DNA of 55,611 bases, filler included, from Sphacelaria rigidula (Eukaryota), in the NCBI GenBank assembly GCA_964200075.2. It is 4 parts of 4 records of this genome, joined end to end, with 100 filler letters (N's around TTAATTAATTAA, not from the genome) between each part and the next. Parts side by side here need not be neighbours in the genome. Positions count along the whole stretch, not along the records: positions 1 to 13,829 come from CAXNAA020002640.1; 3 more parts are not named here. The stretch is one strand, 5' to 3'. Below, piece by piece: positions 1-12,341 of this stretch (its first letter is position 1; each line of letters starts with the position of its first letter). The notes beneath the pieces are model-generated. The model was not told the DNA's origin. It searched no databases and was given only the letters and a program-made list of their open reading frames with translations. A program made the position numbers and the translations under genes.

Positions 1-1466
1 CTGGGAATTCTCACGCTTGGGTTCGTTCTAGCCAATGTCACCAATATGAGGCGCTTCATGCAGCCTGAACCCGAACATCAGCCGCTGTATGGCTATTTTT
101 TTCGCGACACATTTAGCTGGGGTTTTTTTGGGGGGGGGGGCTATCGTATAAAGTGTCCTCCCTGGGCATGGGCGTTCCTTGCGCAGTTCTTGATTTCAGT
201 GTGCTGCTGCCCCAGCATAAACAGGATTTTGTTAAATAGGGTGGGGGACGATCGTCTGTGGAGGGGCAAGTAAGCACAATGTGAACAACTGGAGGCAGGA
301 TTGACCCAGTATACCTACGGCCTGACCGTCCCGCTCTCGAAGGCCTTCTCGGAAACACGCGACCACTCTAGATACCGAAGTGAGTGCACCGAAATGTACT
401 CCTCACCTGATGGAACATGAAAACATTCATACATGATTCGTGGATTTTCCGCCCCAAGCATTCACGTGAAAATAATATATTATAGTAGTCCGCAGCAGTG
501 AATCCAACATAGAACCAGACTCAGTCCGACACAGCCCAGGCATCAGCGAGTAGTTTTGAGTCATTATGTAATTACGCCACTACACCTATTTCGTCTCCAA
601 TCCAAGTATCAAAAAAAGGCTTCGTGGGTCCGATGCTTGAGCAACACCTGTATTGTTGTCGCTCGACAATGCCGGCCTTTTCTGTTACTTGAAATAAAAA
701 AGGCCAACTAATTCGCTCAGGCGTCTCAGACACGAGAGGAAATGCCGTCCTCCTTTTCCATCATTCCTCGAACGATGGAGCGATCCTTCCGAGCTTCCGC
801 AATCAAGTCAGGGGAAGCACGAGGTAAAATCAACCCAGCAGTGCATGAACATCTGGTTGTCTCCTGCGTAAGACTCACGGCTTCGCATTTGCGTATGCAC
901 GCACACAGCACCATTGCAATAAAACTCGGTCATACTCCACCATGCTAGAACATGACATAGATCAAGAGCGCTTGGTATCGCGATCGGTTGCTGCGATTCT
1001 CGTAACACTCCTAGGGTGAGGCCCGCAGGAACCACCAAGCGACCCTTGACTGCACAACAACCCTCCAGCTCGCACGAAACCCGCGTTCGACGCGAGGCAA
1101 CACAGATTTAAACATCTTCCCGAGCGAGTCCAAGTAGCTGTTATGTACTTTCCGGTATCGCAACTCGAAACATTCGAAGTACAAAAAGGTTCTCAATGTC
1201 ATGTTCTACCAGCCCGTCCCCAAAACGCCTGAAGAAAAAACGTCAACCAAAAGAAGACTCCCTGTCACAACGTATTTTATCTTAACCCTGCCCCACCCTC
1301 CCCCAGGCGCTTCTCGTCTCTTTTCCCTCTCCCCAGCGACCAGCTAGCAGGTATTTTATGTGTGAACATGCAACGCCATCACTGAAACCGTAGCTACATG
1401 CTGGGAAGCGAACTTTCGCATTGAATGCCAAAGCTCATTTCCGCAGTAAACGCGTCATTTCAGAGG

Positions 1467-1606
1467 CTAGTCGAATTCCCTGCGGGCGAACTTATCCTCA
1501 TTCACGTATTCTACCTTTACGATCCGCTGTGCAAACTGGCGACCGGCGAGAGAGAGAGCTGCCCTCTGAGCGCTTTCTTTCGAGTCGTACTCTACGAAAA
1601 CTTTGC
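1467..1606 (-). CDS. U2AF2: U2AF65 last coding exon, UHM C-terminus
   Basis: cgtcag|GC; GKVFVEYDSKESAQRAALSLAGRQFAQRIVKVEYVNEDKFARREFD*. Confidence 0.94.
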
Positions 1607-4600
1607 CTGACGGTGATAAAGGCGACGATTGAAAGCAAACGGCAGACGAAAAAAAGAGGGGCCTTCAGCGAAAACAGAAAATGGTCAGGGCTTCAGGAGA
1701 AACACTCTCCCAACAATCACATCCAAGGAGGAAATATATACTCCTCCGACATGCGTTTTAACGGTAATGTGGAACGGAAAGCATACATCCCGACAAGCCT
1801 AATGACCGACACTTTCATGACTGATGTCAAACATGGATATCAGGCGCCTGTAGTAACTCATGTCGTTGAATTTGCCAAGGACAAAGTGACACGTTCCACT
1901 TCAGAAACCGTTCGGCATGCAAAAGCTCACCTACTGCAGCGCTGGCGTCTGCTTCTCCGGGGCGGGGGATGATGATGGACACAACCGTGCCGTGCGTGGA
2001 GCATTCCTGCTGGATGTCGTCCACGATGTCCTGCAAAAGACAGCACCCCCCGCACACACCACACACTCTGGTTGAAGTGAAATATGTCGATTCTCTCAGT
2101 ACATGACGCACTCGAAGGTAATTTTCCACCACCTACTTATTTTTATTTACTATTGGAAAAGTGAAAGCTCTGTCATCAACACCCACTTCCAGGCAACAAC
2201 TCCACGCACACATGAAACTCGGACGCAACACAGACACACCGAATGAACTTCATCCAAAACGTCACGATATAGAGGAAACCGAATGATAATGTAGTTTTCA
2301 GGGCCCTTGTCGGTGTAACGCAACCCCTCACCATGACTAACCACCCCTGGACCGGACGGCAAAATTGAAAACCTCACATAACCATATCCGAACCGGTTCA
2401 GAAAACAAGGAGACGTCAACAACGCACGCGCAAAGCCGGCTATGCGAACAAACTCGGGAGTTTCTTGAATAACACAAGACTATTCCAACTTCAGATCCCA
2501 TACTTCCTGCAACAAAACCGAAACCGAAGAAAAAAAATCAAGAGAGGGAAAGAGAGAGAGTGCCTAGTACCTCCGATGTGCATCTATACTTTACACCACA
2601 CCCAACGGGATTCACCGCCTCTTACTTGACAACCCACGCAAAATGCACAGCGAAAAGAGTGTGTGCTCCATCTTCGGTACTTGGTTCTTACCTCGTACTC
2701 TTGAGGGTCCGTTAGCTCGTCCTCGGTCACCATGTTGAGCAGCACTAGCACGCGCGTTGGAGGCACCGCGCGGATCAAGTTGGCAGCCACGGCAGACTCT
2801 GCGGCGGCCGATGGTACTCCCGGCTGAGGCATCGAGGCGGCGGGGGCCATGGCCGCGGCCATCGCGGCGGCAGCGGCGTTGGGGTCGAGCGCCGCCATAG
2901 CCTGAGAGCCATGCAGCGATACGGGAGCAAGGGGTGTGAGAAAAGCAGTGCCGTGAGGCTACGCACTCGGAGATGATACTAAGCTCTAGCATATCCCCGG
3001 TAAAAAAAAACATCAATAAATCGAAGGGCGTCGTCATTGCTCACGGTTGCATGCTGGCATTGTGCAAAACGTTGGCAGCAGACAAGCTGTCCTTCCCCCT
3101 CTGCAAGACGAGGGTTGAGAACTAGAGTAGTGAAAAGACGTACGAGTAGGGTTCAGATCACAGTCTGGTGAGGGAGGGATTGCTGGTTGGTGGAAATCAC
3201 ACTAAAATAGTGCTTGTGCGGGAATAGTGTCTGAGCTCTTTGACTGCGAGCGTCGCCTCGGAACAGTTTCACCGACTGACAACTCAGGGTTATTCGGGGG
3301 TTTCCGGGGGGGGGCGGGGTGTACTCATGATCTTGCATGCCGTCGTCATATGAACATTGATCTCGCATCCCTACAAAGCCGGGACGTAGCACGCCGGGTT
3401 CTCGCCGGACCAGGCCCGCAATCAATCACCAGGCGCGAAGCGCCGTGATGTGTTTGGCGAGTTGCATAGAGGGTGAGCTGCATCCTGTTAAGATTGTTCA
3501 GCCCGAGGCGTACTGATCATCTTGCATGTGGATGACGGCCCACGATGAGTTGCTTCGTTTTCTGGTATCGTCACTTCTAGAGACAGCCACGGCATGCACA
3601 CTGCCTCATGGGCGTCTCAACATTTCAAACCCTACGTAGTATGACCATCCTCTATGCGCGGAGTTGAGGTTCTCCAATCCGCACAATATGATGCCTCTAT
3701 TAACAGAGCAGCATGGCGTCATGATGTCATCATATTTACCGCAAAAAAAAACAGGAACCTGGTTGCCTAGCTTGCGCAGTGAGAGGCGTGTTTTACAGCG
3801 CCATTGCCAACCGACGACAACCCTATCGGGGGTCCGTCCCTACAAAACCGGGACGGAGCACGCCGTACCAGGGGGGCGGCGAGGGGATCGACAGGTGGGT
3901 CGGGGGCCTTTTCGCAGAACAGCCGAGAAGCTCACTATTACTAAGTCAGTCATGTGTGTTCAAGAGTTACCTACGGAAAATGACCAGTCAGGAACGAGAC
4001 CCAAGAGGAGAAAAGTGACCATTTTGATGGCTGTGGTTGGTCAGGATGGTCACCCCAGATGGACTGAGATGGACTACCTCGCAGCCGTATTTCCCATTTT
4101 GGACAACGACCTTTCAACCATAGATATCATGCGCATGAACAACGTACTTTTTACTGTGCTCGTAGTCTCTGCCGCCTGCCTGACTCCTCTCGCGTAGCCA
4201 GCATAGCTTCACACTGTAGTGTTGTGCAACACTAAGCAGAGACATCAGCAGCGTGCAACAGACTGTGTTCAATGGAGAGCGATGACACGCTCACAGTCTC
4301 TTGCCGTTGTATCCAGCACAGACATACAACATACCAGTGTTGTGTTCTGTAGGGTATGAGATGCCGTACCGAACTTACAGAAATAGTGGGTACCGCTATG
4401 AAAAGTCTTGACATCATTTACACAACTTGTCCCGGTACGGTACGGGAGGTTTACAGGAAACCCTACCAGCAATAGGGGATTTTTCAAGGGCATACCCGCG
4501 CTCCGGGTACGAGAACTCACAGAAACTGTCGGGTCGTGTATGGAAGCTGCGCAAAAAACCGCAACCGTCACTGAGTATCTCATCAAGAGCAAACCCGTGC

Positions 4601-7600
4601 CCCCGGTAACTGTAGGGGAGGCTTGCAAAACCCACAGAACTATCGGGTAAGGGTATGAAAGTCTTACAGAGGTCACAGTACTGTCGAGTACGGTAAATAC
4701 CCGATATAATACCCCGGGTATACAGAAAAACGTACCCTACAGAACAAGACCTGGCAATTAGAGCCTTTACAGGCTGGGCCGCGCAGGACGCGTAGAGGGA
4801 TGTGAACACGCGATTTAGCATCTCAATTTTGGGTCGTTTCTATGAAATTTTGACAAAATGTACAGGACGTAAGCACGAAGACTCAAATTTCGCCCCCCCT
4901 AGATTTTTTTCGCGTTATTCACGATTTTGTTCCGAAATGAACTGTTTTGAAATGTTTGGTCGCCTGTAACTCACGGAGGGCAAGAAAAATGTACGGGGCA
5001 GCGGGCGGCGTCTTTGCACATACATCCTGTACATCGTGACAAAATTTCATAGAAAACGACCCGAGATTAAGCAGCTAAATCGCGTGTTCGTGTCCAAGAC
5101 TGGTTCCTATGTGGAGATGGACCAGCCACGAGAAAAATGAAACGCGGTTACCCTGTCCAACTCCAAGTCTTCTTCACGAAATTACGACACGATGCGCATG
5201 AGGTATGTTGTCAAGTCCCTTTGTCCCCCCTTGACATTTTTTTTCAATGAGTTGTCGACGCTTTTAAACCAGAAAACTGTTCCGAAATTTAGATCACCCA
5301 TGACTCACGAGGGAAAAACAAACAGAGGGGCAAAAGGTAGGGGATTCACATATACCTCATGTATATCGTGTCAGAATTTCATGGAAAACGACTTCAAATT
5401 GAGCAGTGAAATCGCGTTCTTCTGCCGAGAATCGGTTCACTTCCTTCAAGAGTACAACAACCTCAGCCGGAACTTTGACGTCTTCTACAAGCCCGACGCC
5501 TTGGCGCGCTGGAGGTCTCGTCCGCGTGCCATCTCAGACACTTTGCGCCTACGGTACGACATGCTTTGTTGTACAACCACAACTAGTGCAGCACTATCAC
5601 CTTGCGGCCGCGGCACAACCGAATGTAACCGTAAATGCGATTTCAGCCGTTTTATTCCCTAATTCCGCCGCACATGCCGGCCTCAACTCTCTACACTTCG
5701 CAGCTGACTACAGTTTGATATTTCGTTTGATGGGAACTTGTCAGATCGCAGTGCTACGTGAAGTGAAAGACGCGCGTTGATTTGCAGATTACCACGATGT
5801 GTCATAGTAGGCACAACTCGCGATAGATCGTCAGTTAGAACCGGCTGAAGGAAAGTCTGCTTCTCAGGCGGCCCAGCCTGTACTAGGTGCATACACGTTG
5901 TTATCGTTCTTGATCGTAATGCTACTGCTGTCTGCACTTCACCACACCTAATCATCGTAAGGTCGTGTTTTAACATACAACACGCATGGGAGTGAAGGTG
6001 ATTCTAGCGGTTTTGGTGGGATTTTTTTTTTTTTGTCCTTCCAATTGATTGCCAATCAGCTGTCGGGCCAATCAGAAGGACAACAAGCGCCAGAATCATC
6101 GTCACTCTCACAACGCGTTCTCACTTTTCTTGCCTCGTTAAAACGAGCCCTTCCTTGGAGAAGGTACGTTTGCTGAAGTCATCAACACAGCTGCCAGTAG
6201 TGTGGCACAGGTCCCAACCAATACCAGGTACTGATGTGACACGGCGATACGTACATAGAGGCGAGAGTATCACAGGAAAACGCGTAATATGTCACATACA
6301 TGGTAATATATGACTATACATGCGATGTATCACAATATTACGTTCAACATGAGACAGATATCAGGTGATCTATTATCGTATATATAGTGTCAGGCAATAG
6401 GTATGGATATGATATATATATATATACCATACATGACATGATACACCATACACCTCAGATATATCGCATTCATAGTGATGTATAAAAAATGTGGGGAACA
6501 TGAAGTTGACTGCAAATAAATCAACTTTTATGACGTACAATGTTTTGTGGAGGAGTATGCACAGGTATCATATACCCCCCCCCGTTTTTAGGTGATACCA
6601 GACTCTACTTGCAATACCGTACGCATTCTGACCCTGCAAGCACCTGACTGCAGGGTAAAAACCGGTCAGGGGTCCCCCGGAACTTTGTCGAAAAAATATG
6701 TCTTGTGCAGTGATCGGGTACGAGTAGCTGTTCTGAACCCCAAATGTAGCATAGCCCATCTGAGTCAATACGACGGGGGTTTACAGTCCAAGGGTCAACT
6801 GTCGTTGTTTTTTGTGAAGCAAAACAAGGACAGTGACTTCTATTTTGAAATCCGCAACCGACGTTGCAATAGTCATATGGCCGACATTTAATAAAATAGG
6901 ACCAAGAACGAGATTACTGAGCAATATCAAAACCGAGAACAACGATCGATGCATTACTCTGCACTAACCGTGCAAACCCTGTAGCTGCAGCAGTGTCCGT
7001 CTCCTCTCCTAAAAGCGCAGGTCCAGCAAATCATATGGTACGTCACGGTGTTTCGTACATGACATAGGGTAGTGCAAGTCCTCTACCGAAAGACTCTGAC
7101 ATTTTTCTCAAGCACTCACAACTCATGAAAGTTTAAGGGCGAACACTACCCTCCTGTTCCCGTGCGGAGTGACGGGATACTCGGAACAATAACTTGCCCC
7201 AAGGTGGAGTCTGCGCACTCTTTGATCAAAAGTGCACGTCTGTACATGCCAAGGCGCGCTGCTCAAGCCTTCGCCAGTCAGAGTCCTTCAATTGTCCCTC
7301 ATAATAAGGTCGACACGACATGTGTGTACTCTGACGGAGGTCACACATGATGCAGTACAGATACGACGCGTTTGAAGCTGGCACCGTTTCCGCCCGCGCT
7401 GCTGATGTCTCATGTCTCATGTCTCACGTCTGATGTGTGTGTGAGCTTGGTCACCTGAAACAACTACGCAGAAATAGGAGCGCATGTCCATGTACACCGG
7501 TCGTAGGATGCAAACCCGCACTCTAACGGCATCCCGGTTCCGCGCTAACTGAGCCGGGCGAATCCAGGATACGACACAATCAGTTGAAGCACCAGCGCAA

Positions 7601-10600
7601 ACACCAAGCGATGGGTCATAGTGGCGTCGACTGGCCCTACTCCTGGGCCACAGCAGGCAGTAAGGTACTGCAGGCACTGGCCTAGGAGTAGGGTCAGTCA
7701 ACGCCCCTACGACACAACGCTAGGTGCTCGGGCTGGTGCTTTTGTACCAACTGTGTCATGTCCTGGATTAGCCCGGCTCAGTTCAGGCGGAACCGCGATG
7801 CAGGTGGAGAGCGGGCCTGCATCTTGCAACCCGTGTGCGTGATTGTGTGCCGTAACTTCTGCGTACGTAATTGCTTTAGGTGACAAAGCACATACACACA
7901 CATCAGACATGAGACATGAACAACACGAGCGGAACCGGTGCCAGCGTCAAACGCGTCGTAAACATGTACCAGATCATAAAAGACAAACGTATAGGGGAGA
8001 CAGCTGTTGCGAGTAATATAGTGACAATAGTGACAGGACAAAAATTACCCAAGTCGTCGTCACCTGTGCTAGCTGCATGTGCTCCTGTTGGGTAGGAGCT
8101 GCTGTCAATCCCGGCGGCGGACCCGGCATAGCCATCGCATTCATCTGTTGCTGCATCTGCTGCTGGTGCTGTTGCTGGTGGTTTTGAGAAGACGAACTGT
8201 AACACAGGTTCAAAACAAACGGGCACGGAAGAGGCGCAAAGGTTATTTCATTTCATTTGCACTCAAGTACTACTGTGAGCAGCCTTCCATAGTTGGTTGT
8301 AACCATCAAGGGCCCAGAAAATCTTTATATAAATATGTGTGCATGTGGAACTATTCAAGTAACATGAGAGCTACTCGACTTGTTTTCATGTTCCAACACC
8401 TTCGGAAAAGCAACAGGGACGACTGCACTTGAGGCCAACCCTGGACCTCGAAATACGCTCCTTCAACACCAAAAAATGACATCGGAGCGAATATTCGGAG
8501 TTCAGGCACACAGACGGATGGATATCCGCGGAATCCGCGCTTTGAAAAACATCCGTCTTATATCAGGATTTTTATCCGGACGCGGATTCGTCTCCGTCGT
8601 GCACGAACTTGAGGGATCTTGGGGACAATGACAAAAAACGCAAACGAAAGACGTTTTAGATTGTGTGGACGAGTACCGCTACTCCTTATTCGACATGATG
8701 CCATGAAGTGCGTGAATGCCTCACGTCATTTGGCCCGGCGAGTGCAGCACACCCATCGCGGCATTGTCGATCAAGGCAACGAATGACTAAACAAGCGAAG
8801 AAAGAACACCTACAAAATCCGTACGATGAGGCAATGATCCCACCGTCTCCTGGATAATTCTCGAATGCTACATACATCACGGATTGAGAACGGATCGGTG
8901 ACAATGCCCGTCTGTACCCCTCTGGCCCATAACCCCCAACAACATCCAAACATACTTGATACTACCACCATGCGCAACTCCAAACATTCCAACTATAAAT
9001 ATGATACCCCATGCGCAGTCTGGCTACTTCGAACTTTTCATACGCATCACATCCGCCCCAGTTCAACAGTACCTGCACATCAGCTGATGGGACTTCAAGT
9101 ACAAATCGTTTCTCCAATCTGTGTGGTATAGTGGTGTACTGTACTCAGTGCTCCACCACCGGATATGGGGGATTTTTTTTTATGATCTTGATGACACGGT
9201 AGGCTCAGCAAGCGGTGAAATACTCGAATTCGCCGGATCCACAACGGCGAATCCGAATTACCGTTCATCTACGGCCCTCCTCGATCGGGAATATCCGACG
9301 GAGGGTCCGCCCAATCTGGGAATAGCAAGCAGCGAAGATCCAGTATGTGCTAAATCCGGATTACAATACGGATCGGAGCGCATCTCCACCTTGGACCTCA
9401 GACAGTTGGGAGAACTTTGCTGCCAGAGCCGTCGTGTTCAAAGATCGAGACAAATGTTATGGGGAGGCGTTTGCATTCGAGACTTGACCAATTCGAGCGA
9501 TTGGGATGCTTCATGGGCAAACACGCTGAAAGCACCGAATACTCTTTTCCCGCTGGGTACAAAGAATCGCATGGAACAACTTCTCCGTTTGTTTTGTTGT
9601 TTTCAAGGACTCACTTTCGGTCTGTCGCAGGGCGCACGGTAAGCGTCTTGTCTCCAAGGGTCATCCCGTGCAGACCTTCGCAGGCGATGGCCGTCACAGC
9701 AGGATCCACGTACTCGCAGAAGCCGTAACCCTTAGACGTCGGCGATCCAGGGTCCCTCACTAGATGGAAGGACTTCAGAGGCCCGAACGCACCCAAGAGC
9801 TCTCGCACCTACAAATTGCACAGACCGCAAAGATTCGCACAGACAGACACATCACACACCTTCATCCCGTCAACCTCTTTTTGGAGGCAAGCAAACGGGG
9901 GACCTCGTGCTCCAGGAGCATCTGCTGCATTTCCGCTCAACACGCTACAAATGTGACTACGCACAAGATACTGGGCATTAAACAAAAACTTAAAGCCTGG
10001 CTCGTGAACTACTGCAAACTAACTCCTGAGCATCATTGTTTTGGCCAGCCTATTTACATGCAGTGCAGGGTCTCAATATAGTGCGGTGAATCGCCAGCCT
10101 TGCATGACCGCACTATACTGGGACCCTATACAATACTAGAATAGTGCAGTTACTTGATATGGGTACGTGTAGTGGATCGGACTTGTGACACATACTTTTA
10201 ACCGATTTGTGATGGTACCCTCACCGCCTTGAACACGTGGTGGTCAGTTACCCATGTCCGACATTCTTGCAGCCTGTGAAGACCTTCGTGTGCAGTATGA
10301 ACATTTCACATGTCAGAAAACTCATGAGTTACCTCAGTAATGCTATACAACTCACCCGGCCAGAATGTGCATCGCAGTTATGCTGTGTAACTCACCCTGC
10401 CAGAGGATGCACCGCTGAGTATATAAAACTCACATAGTCATTTTTTGCATTGCTGAGTTATGCTGCTATGACTCACTGGTGAGTTAGTGAGTTATGCGAA
10501 AAAGAGTTTACCTGAGTTGAGTTGTCCGACGTGTGCAACATTCAGCTTGCATGGTCAAGCGGTGTAGCGCGGTACATTACGGCTGTATTCATCCACTACA

Positions 10601-12341
10601 CGTGCAAGTACTACATATAAGTATACACATTGAACTGGAACTATAAGTATAGCCAGGTACCGACGAGTGTAGCCTTAAATATTGATTTAATTGATTCAAT
10701 TGATGGATCATCGCACACCAAGTGATCCCCGAGGACCCCGGACCCAGCAATGGTCATCATCAAGGAAATAGACGAGCTCAAGGTAAACAAAACAGAAACG
10801 CGTGCTGAAGAAAAACAAGAATGGAAAAAAACAAAAACACAGAAAGAACACAACAATGGAGGACACTGAGAAACCAAAAAACGAAGCCAGAACCACAGAA
10901 GGAAAGGAGAGGAACAGAACAAATAAACGAGTATAATAGAACAAAAGATATATATGGGCGCGAATGGACCGCCATGGAGGTTAACGAGGTCAACACGTGT
11001 TTCGAAACCTCCGAGTAGCGTCTACGCGGCTCTACACAGGGTACCCCCGTATTTACGCGACAGCCGGGGCTCCCGAAAATCTCGCCTGTTCTTCTGTCAG
11101 GTTGTAGGGAAGGCCGCCGATGAACACCTTGTTGTCACTGTCGGGCACCGTGTTGGATATGATGCCTAATTGGGATACATCCAGCTTGGGAATCGGTCCA
11201 ACGCTAGAGCACACGAGGGCGGCAAACAACACACGAGCAACATGTATGGTGACAGCAAAAACAGCAGTGTCGCGGTCAGGGGCGTCTGCCATCAACGAAG
11301 CACGTTGTTCTGCAGGAGGCTCAAGAGAAAACGAAGCGTTTGGGGAGAGAGCACAGTATGACAAACCACGCCATGTCTATAACGCGATCGACGACTTGGA
11401 GCAATACGTGGCACAGAGCGTTTTCACATGAAATGCGAGCTCCAACACAAAAAGAAACTCAATACAACGATCCAGTCCTCGCAGAGTATGCTCAACGAAT
11501 CCGCACTCACTTGAAGAAAGGCATCGTGTTGAGGAGTGAACAAATGTTGATATTGGCTACCGCAAATGACGACGTCAAGGGAAGCGCGGCCGGAAGTATT
11601 CATACGGAGAACATGCGTCACCATTCGATCGCTCGATGCAGGAATTGGATTCAAAACCGCGAAATTGGAACATGACACACAACTAACTCACTTGGCGGGA
11701 ACCATGGAAGGGTTGTAGTCGCTCGGCCGACGCAACTTGAGCTGCGTATCCTTGTACACAATGCCGTCAAGTTCCAACACGGCTGTCGCGAGCTCTATCG
11801 TCTTCAGCTCCAGAAATGCAAACGCCTTACATGGCACGTCAAGCACAAAAACGACCACGAGGGTTAAACCGTGACAATTGCCGCGTTCTTGGTTAGGATG
11901 GCTAAAGTCACCACAAATGTTTGTGCATACCTGTATACCATCAGAAGGGATACAGCATCGAGCCGCGAAGAAGGGCAATATCAGAATCTAGAAAAAAAGT
12001 TGCAGCAACGCCCAACGCACCCCCGCCAGCATTGCTCCCGCAGCCGCCCCAGTCATTCCTTCATATCCTAAAATGCACTTCCGTCCTCCTCAACCCCCCC
12101 CTCCTACAAAATGAGTCCCCCCGCTCTACTCCTCCAACAGAACAAAAATCCCCACCTTTTCTTGTGAAACGTAAACGGACTGCACCGCCCCGCCATCCAC
12201 CGGGACGTGCAGAGCGCGATTGATGACATCATTGAAGAAGTGAGACATCTCCTCCTCTGTGGTCTTCGGACAAGCGCCGATGTACAGCCGGCGCGCGTGC
12301 CTCGTCTGTTGGTTGCTCGCCCCAGGCAAGCGAGCCATGAT
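1467..12341 (-). CDS. U2AF2: Splicing factor U2AF large subunit (U2AF65), 5'-partial, 8 exons: RRM1-RRM2-Q/A-rich linker-UHM
   Basis: Exons 12156-12341, 11692-11825, 11086-11203, 9615-9808, 8064-8196, 2692-2901, 1931-2030, 1467-1606 join in frame with matching phases. Motifs: TRHARRLYIG, AFAFLEL, LKLRRPSDY, KVFIGGLPYNLTEEQVRELL, SKGYGFCEY, PTRVLVLLNMV, GKVFVEY, stop TAG at 1467-1469. The RS/ULM N-terminus is not on the contig. Confidence 0.96.
1931..2030 (-). CDS. U2AF2: U2AF65 exon, UHM
   Basis: ttgcag|GAC; DIVDDIQQECSTHGTVVSIIIPRPGEADASAAV; |gtgagc. Confidence 0.93.
2692..2901 (-). CDS. U2AF2: U2AF65 exon, Ala-rich linker and start of UHM
   Basis: ctctcag|GCT; AMAALDPNAAAA...PPTRVLVLLNMVTEDELTDPQEYE; |gtaaga. 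Confidence 0.93.
3306..3455 (+). repeat. Dispersed repeat (G-tract...ccctacaaagccgggacg...gcgcgaagcgcc)
   Basis: Similar copy at 13688-13829; partial copies at ~3835-3870, ~15918-15995 (inverted) and ~41600-41684. Confidence 0.8.
4343..4746. mobile_element. MITE with internal GGGTA/TACCC/ACAGAA motifs
   Basis: 14-bp perfect inverted termini tgttctgtagggta / taccctacagaaca; non-coding. Confidence 0.75.
4770..5880. mobile_element. Non-autonomous Tc1/mariner-type element (1.1 kb)
   Basis: Perfect 13-bp TIR CAGGCTGGGCCGC with TA on both sides (4768-4769, 5881-5882); nested internal inverted repeats; homologous to both ends of 17006-21511. Confidence 0.85.
7361..7960. repeat. Foldback (long imperfect inverted repeat), ~290-bp arms, centre near 7665
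   Basis: acgacgcgtttgaagctggcacc...ccctactcctgggcca mirrored by tggcctaggagtaggg...ggtgccagcgtcaaacgcgtcgt. Confidence 0.85.
8064..8196 (-). CDS. U2AF2: U2AF65 exon, Gln-rich linker
   Basis: ttacag|T; SSSQNHQQQHQQQMQQQMNAMAMPGPPPGLTAAPTQQEHMQLAQ; |gtgacg. Needed to bridge the phase 2 donor at 9614 to the phase 0 exon at 2901. Confidence 0.88.
8435..9410. mobile_element. Probable degraded non-autonomous DNA transposon with ATCCG/CGGAT subterminal clusters
   Basis: ATCCG/CGGAT motifs cluster at ~8480-8595 and ~9225-9380; clean TIR/TSD not resolved. Confidence 0.4.
9615..9808 (-). CDS. U2AF2: U2AF65 exon, RRM2
   Basis: ttgtag|GTG; VRELLGAFGPLKSFHLVRDPGSPTSKGYGFCEY...TLTVRPATDR; |gtgagt. Confidence 0.95.
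10290..10545. mobile_element. Probable MITE with ACTCA/TGAGT motifs
   Basis: More than 10 ACTCA/TGAGT motifs, ACTCA mostly on the left and TGAGT mostly on the right. Confidence 0.45.
11086..11203 (-). CDS. U2AF2: U2AF65 exon, linker and RRM2 RNP2; ends at a GC donor
   Basis: ctctag|C; VGPIPKLDVSQLGIISNTVPDSDNKVFIGGLPYNLTEEQ; |gcgaga. Confidence 0.92.
11692..11825 (-). CDS. U2AF2: U2AF65 exon, RRM1 C-half
   Basis: atgtaag|GCG; AFAFLELKTIELATAVLELDGIVYKDTQLKLRRPSDYNPSMVPA; |gtgagt. Confidence 0.93.
12156..12341 (-). CDS. U2AF2: U2AF65 exon, RRM1 N-half
   Basis: gtgcag|ATC acceptor; IMARLPGASNQQTRHARRLYIGACPK...VYVSQEK; |gtgggg donor. Confidence 0.93.
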
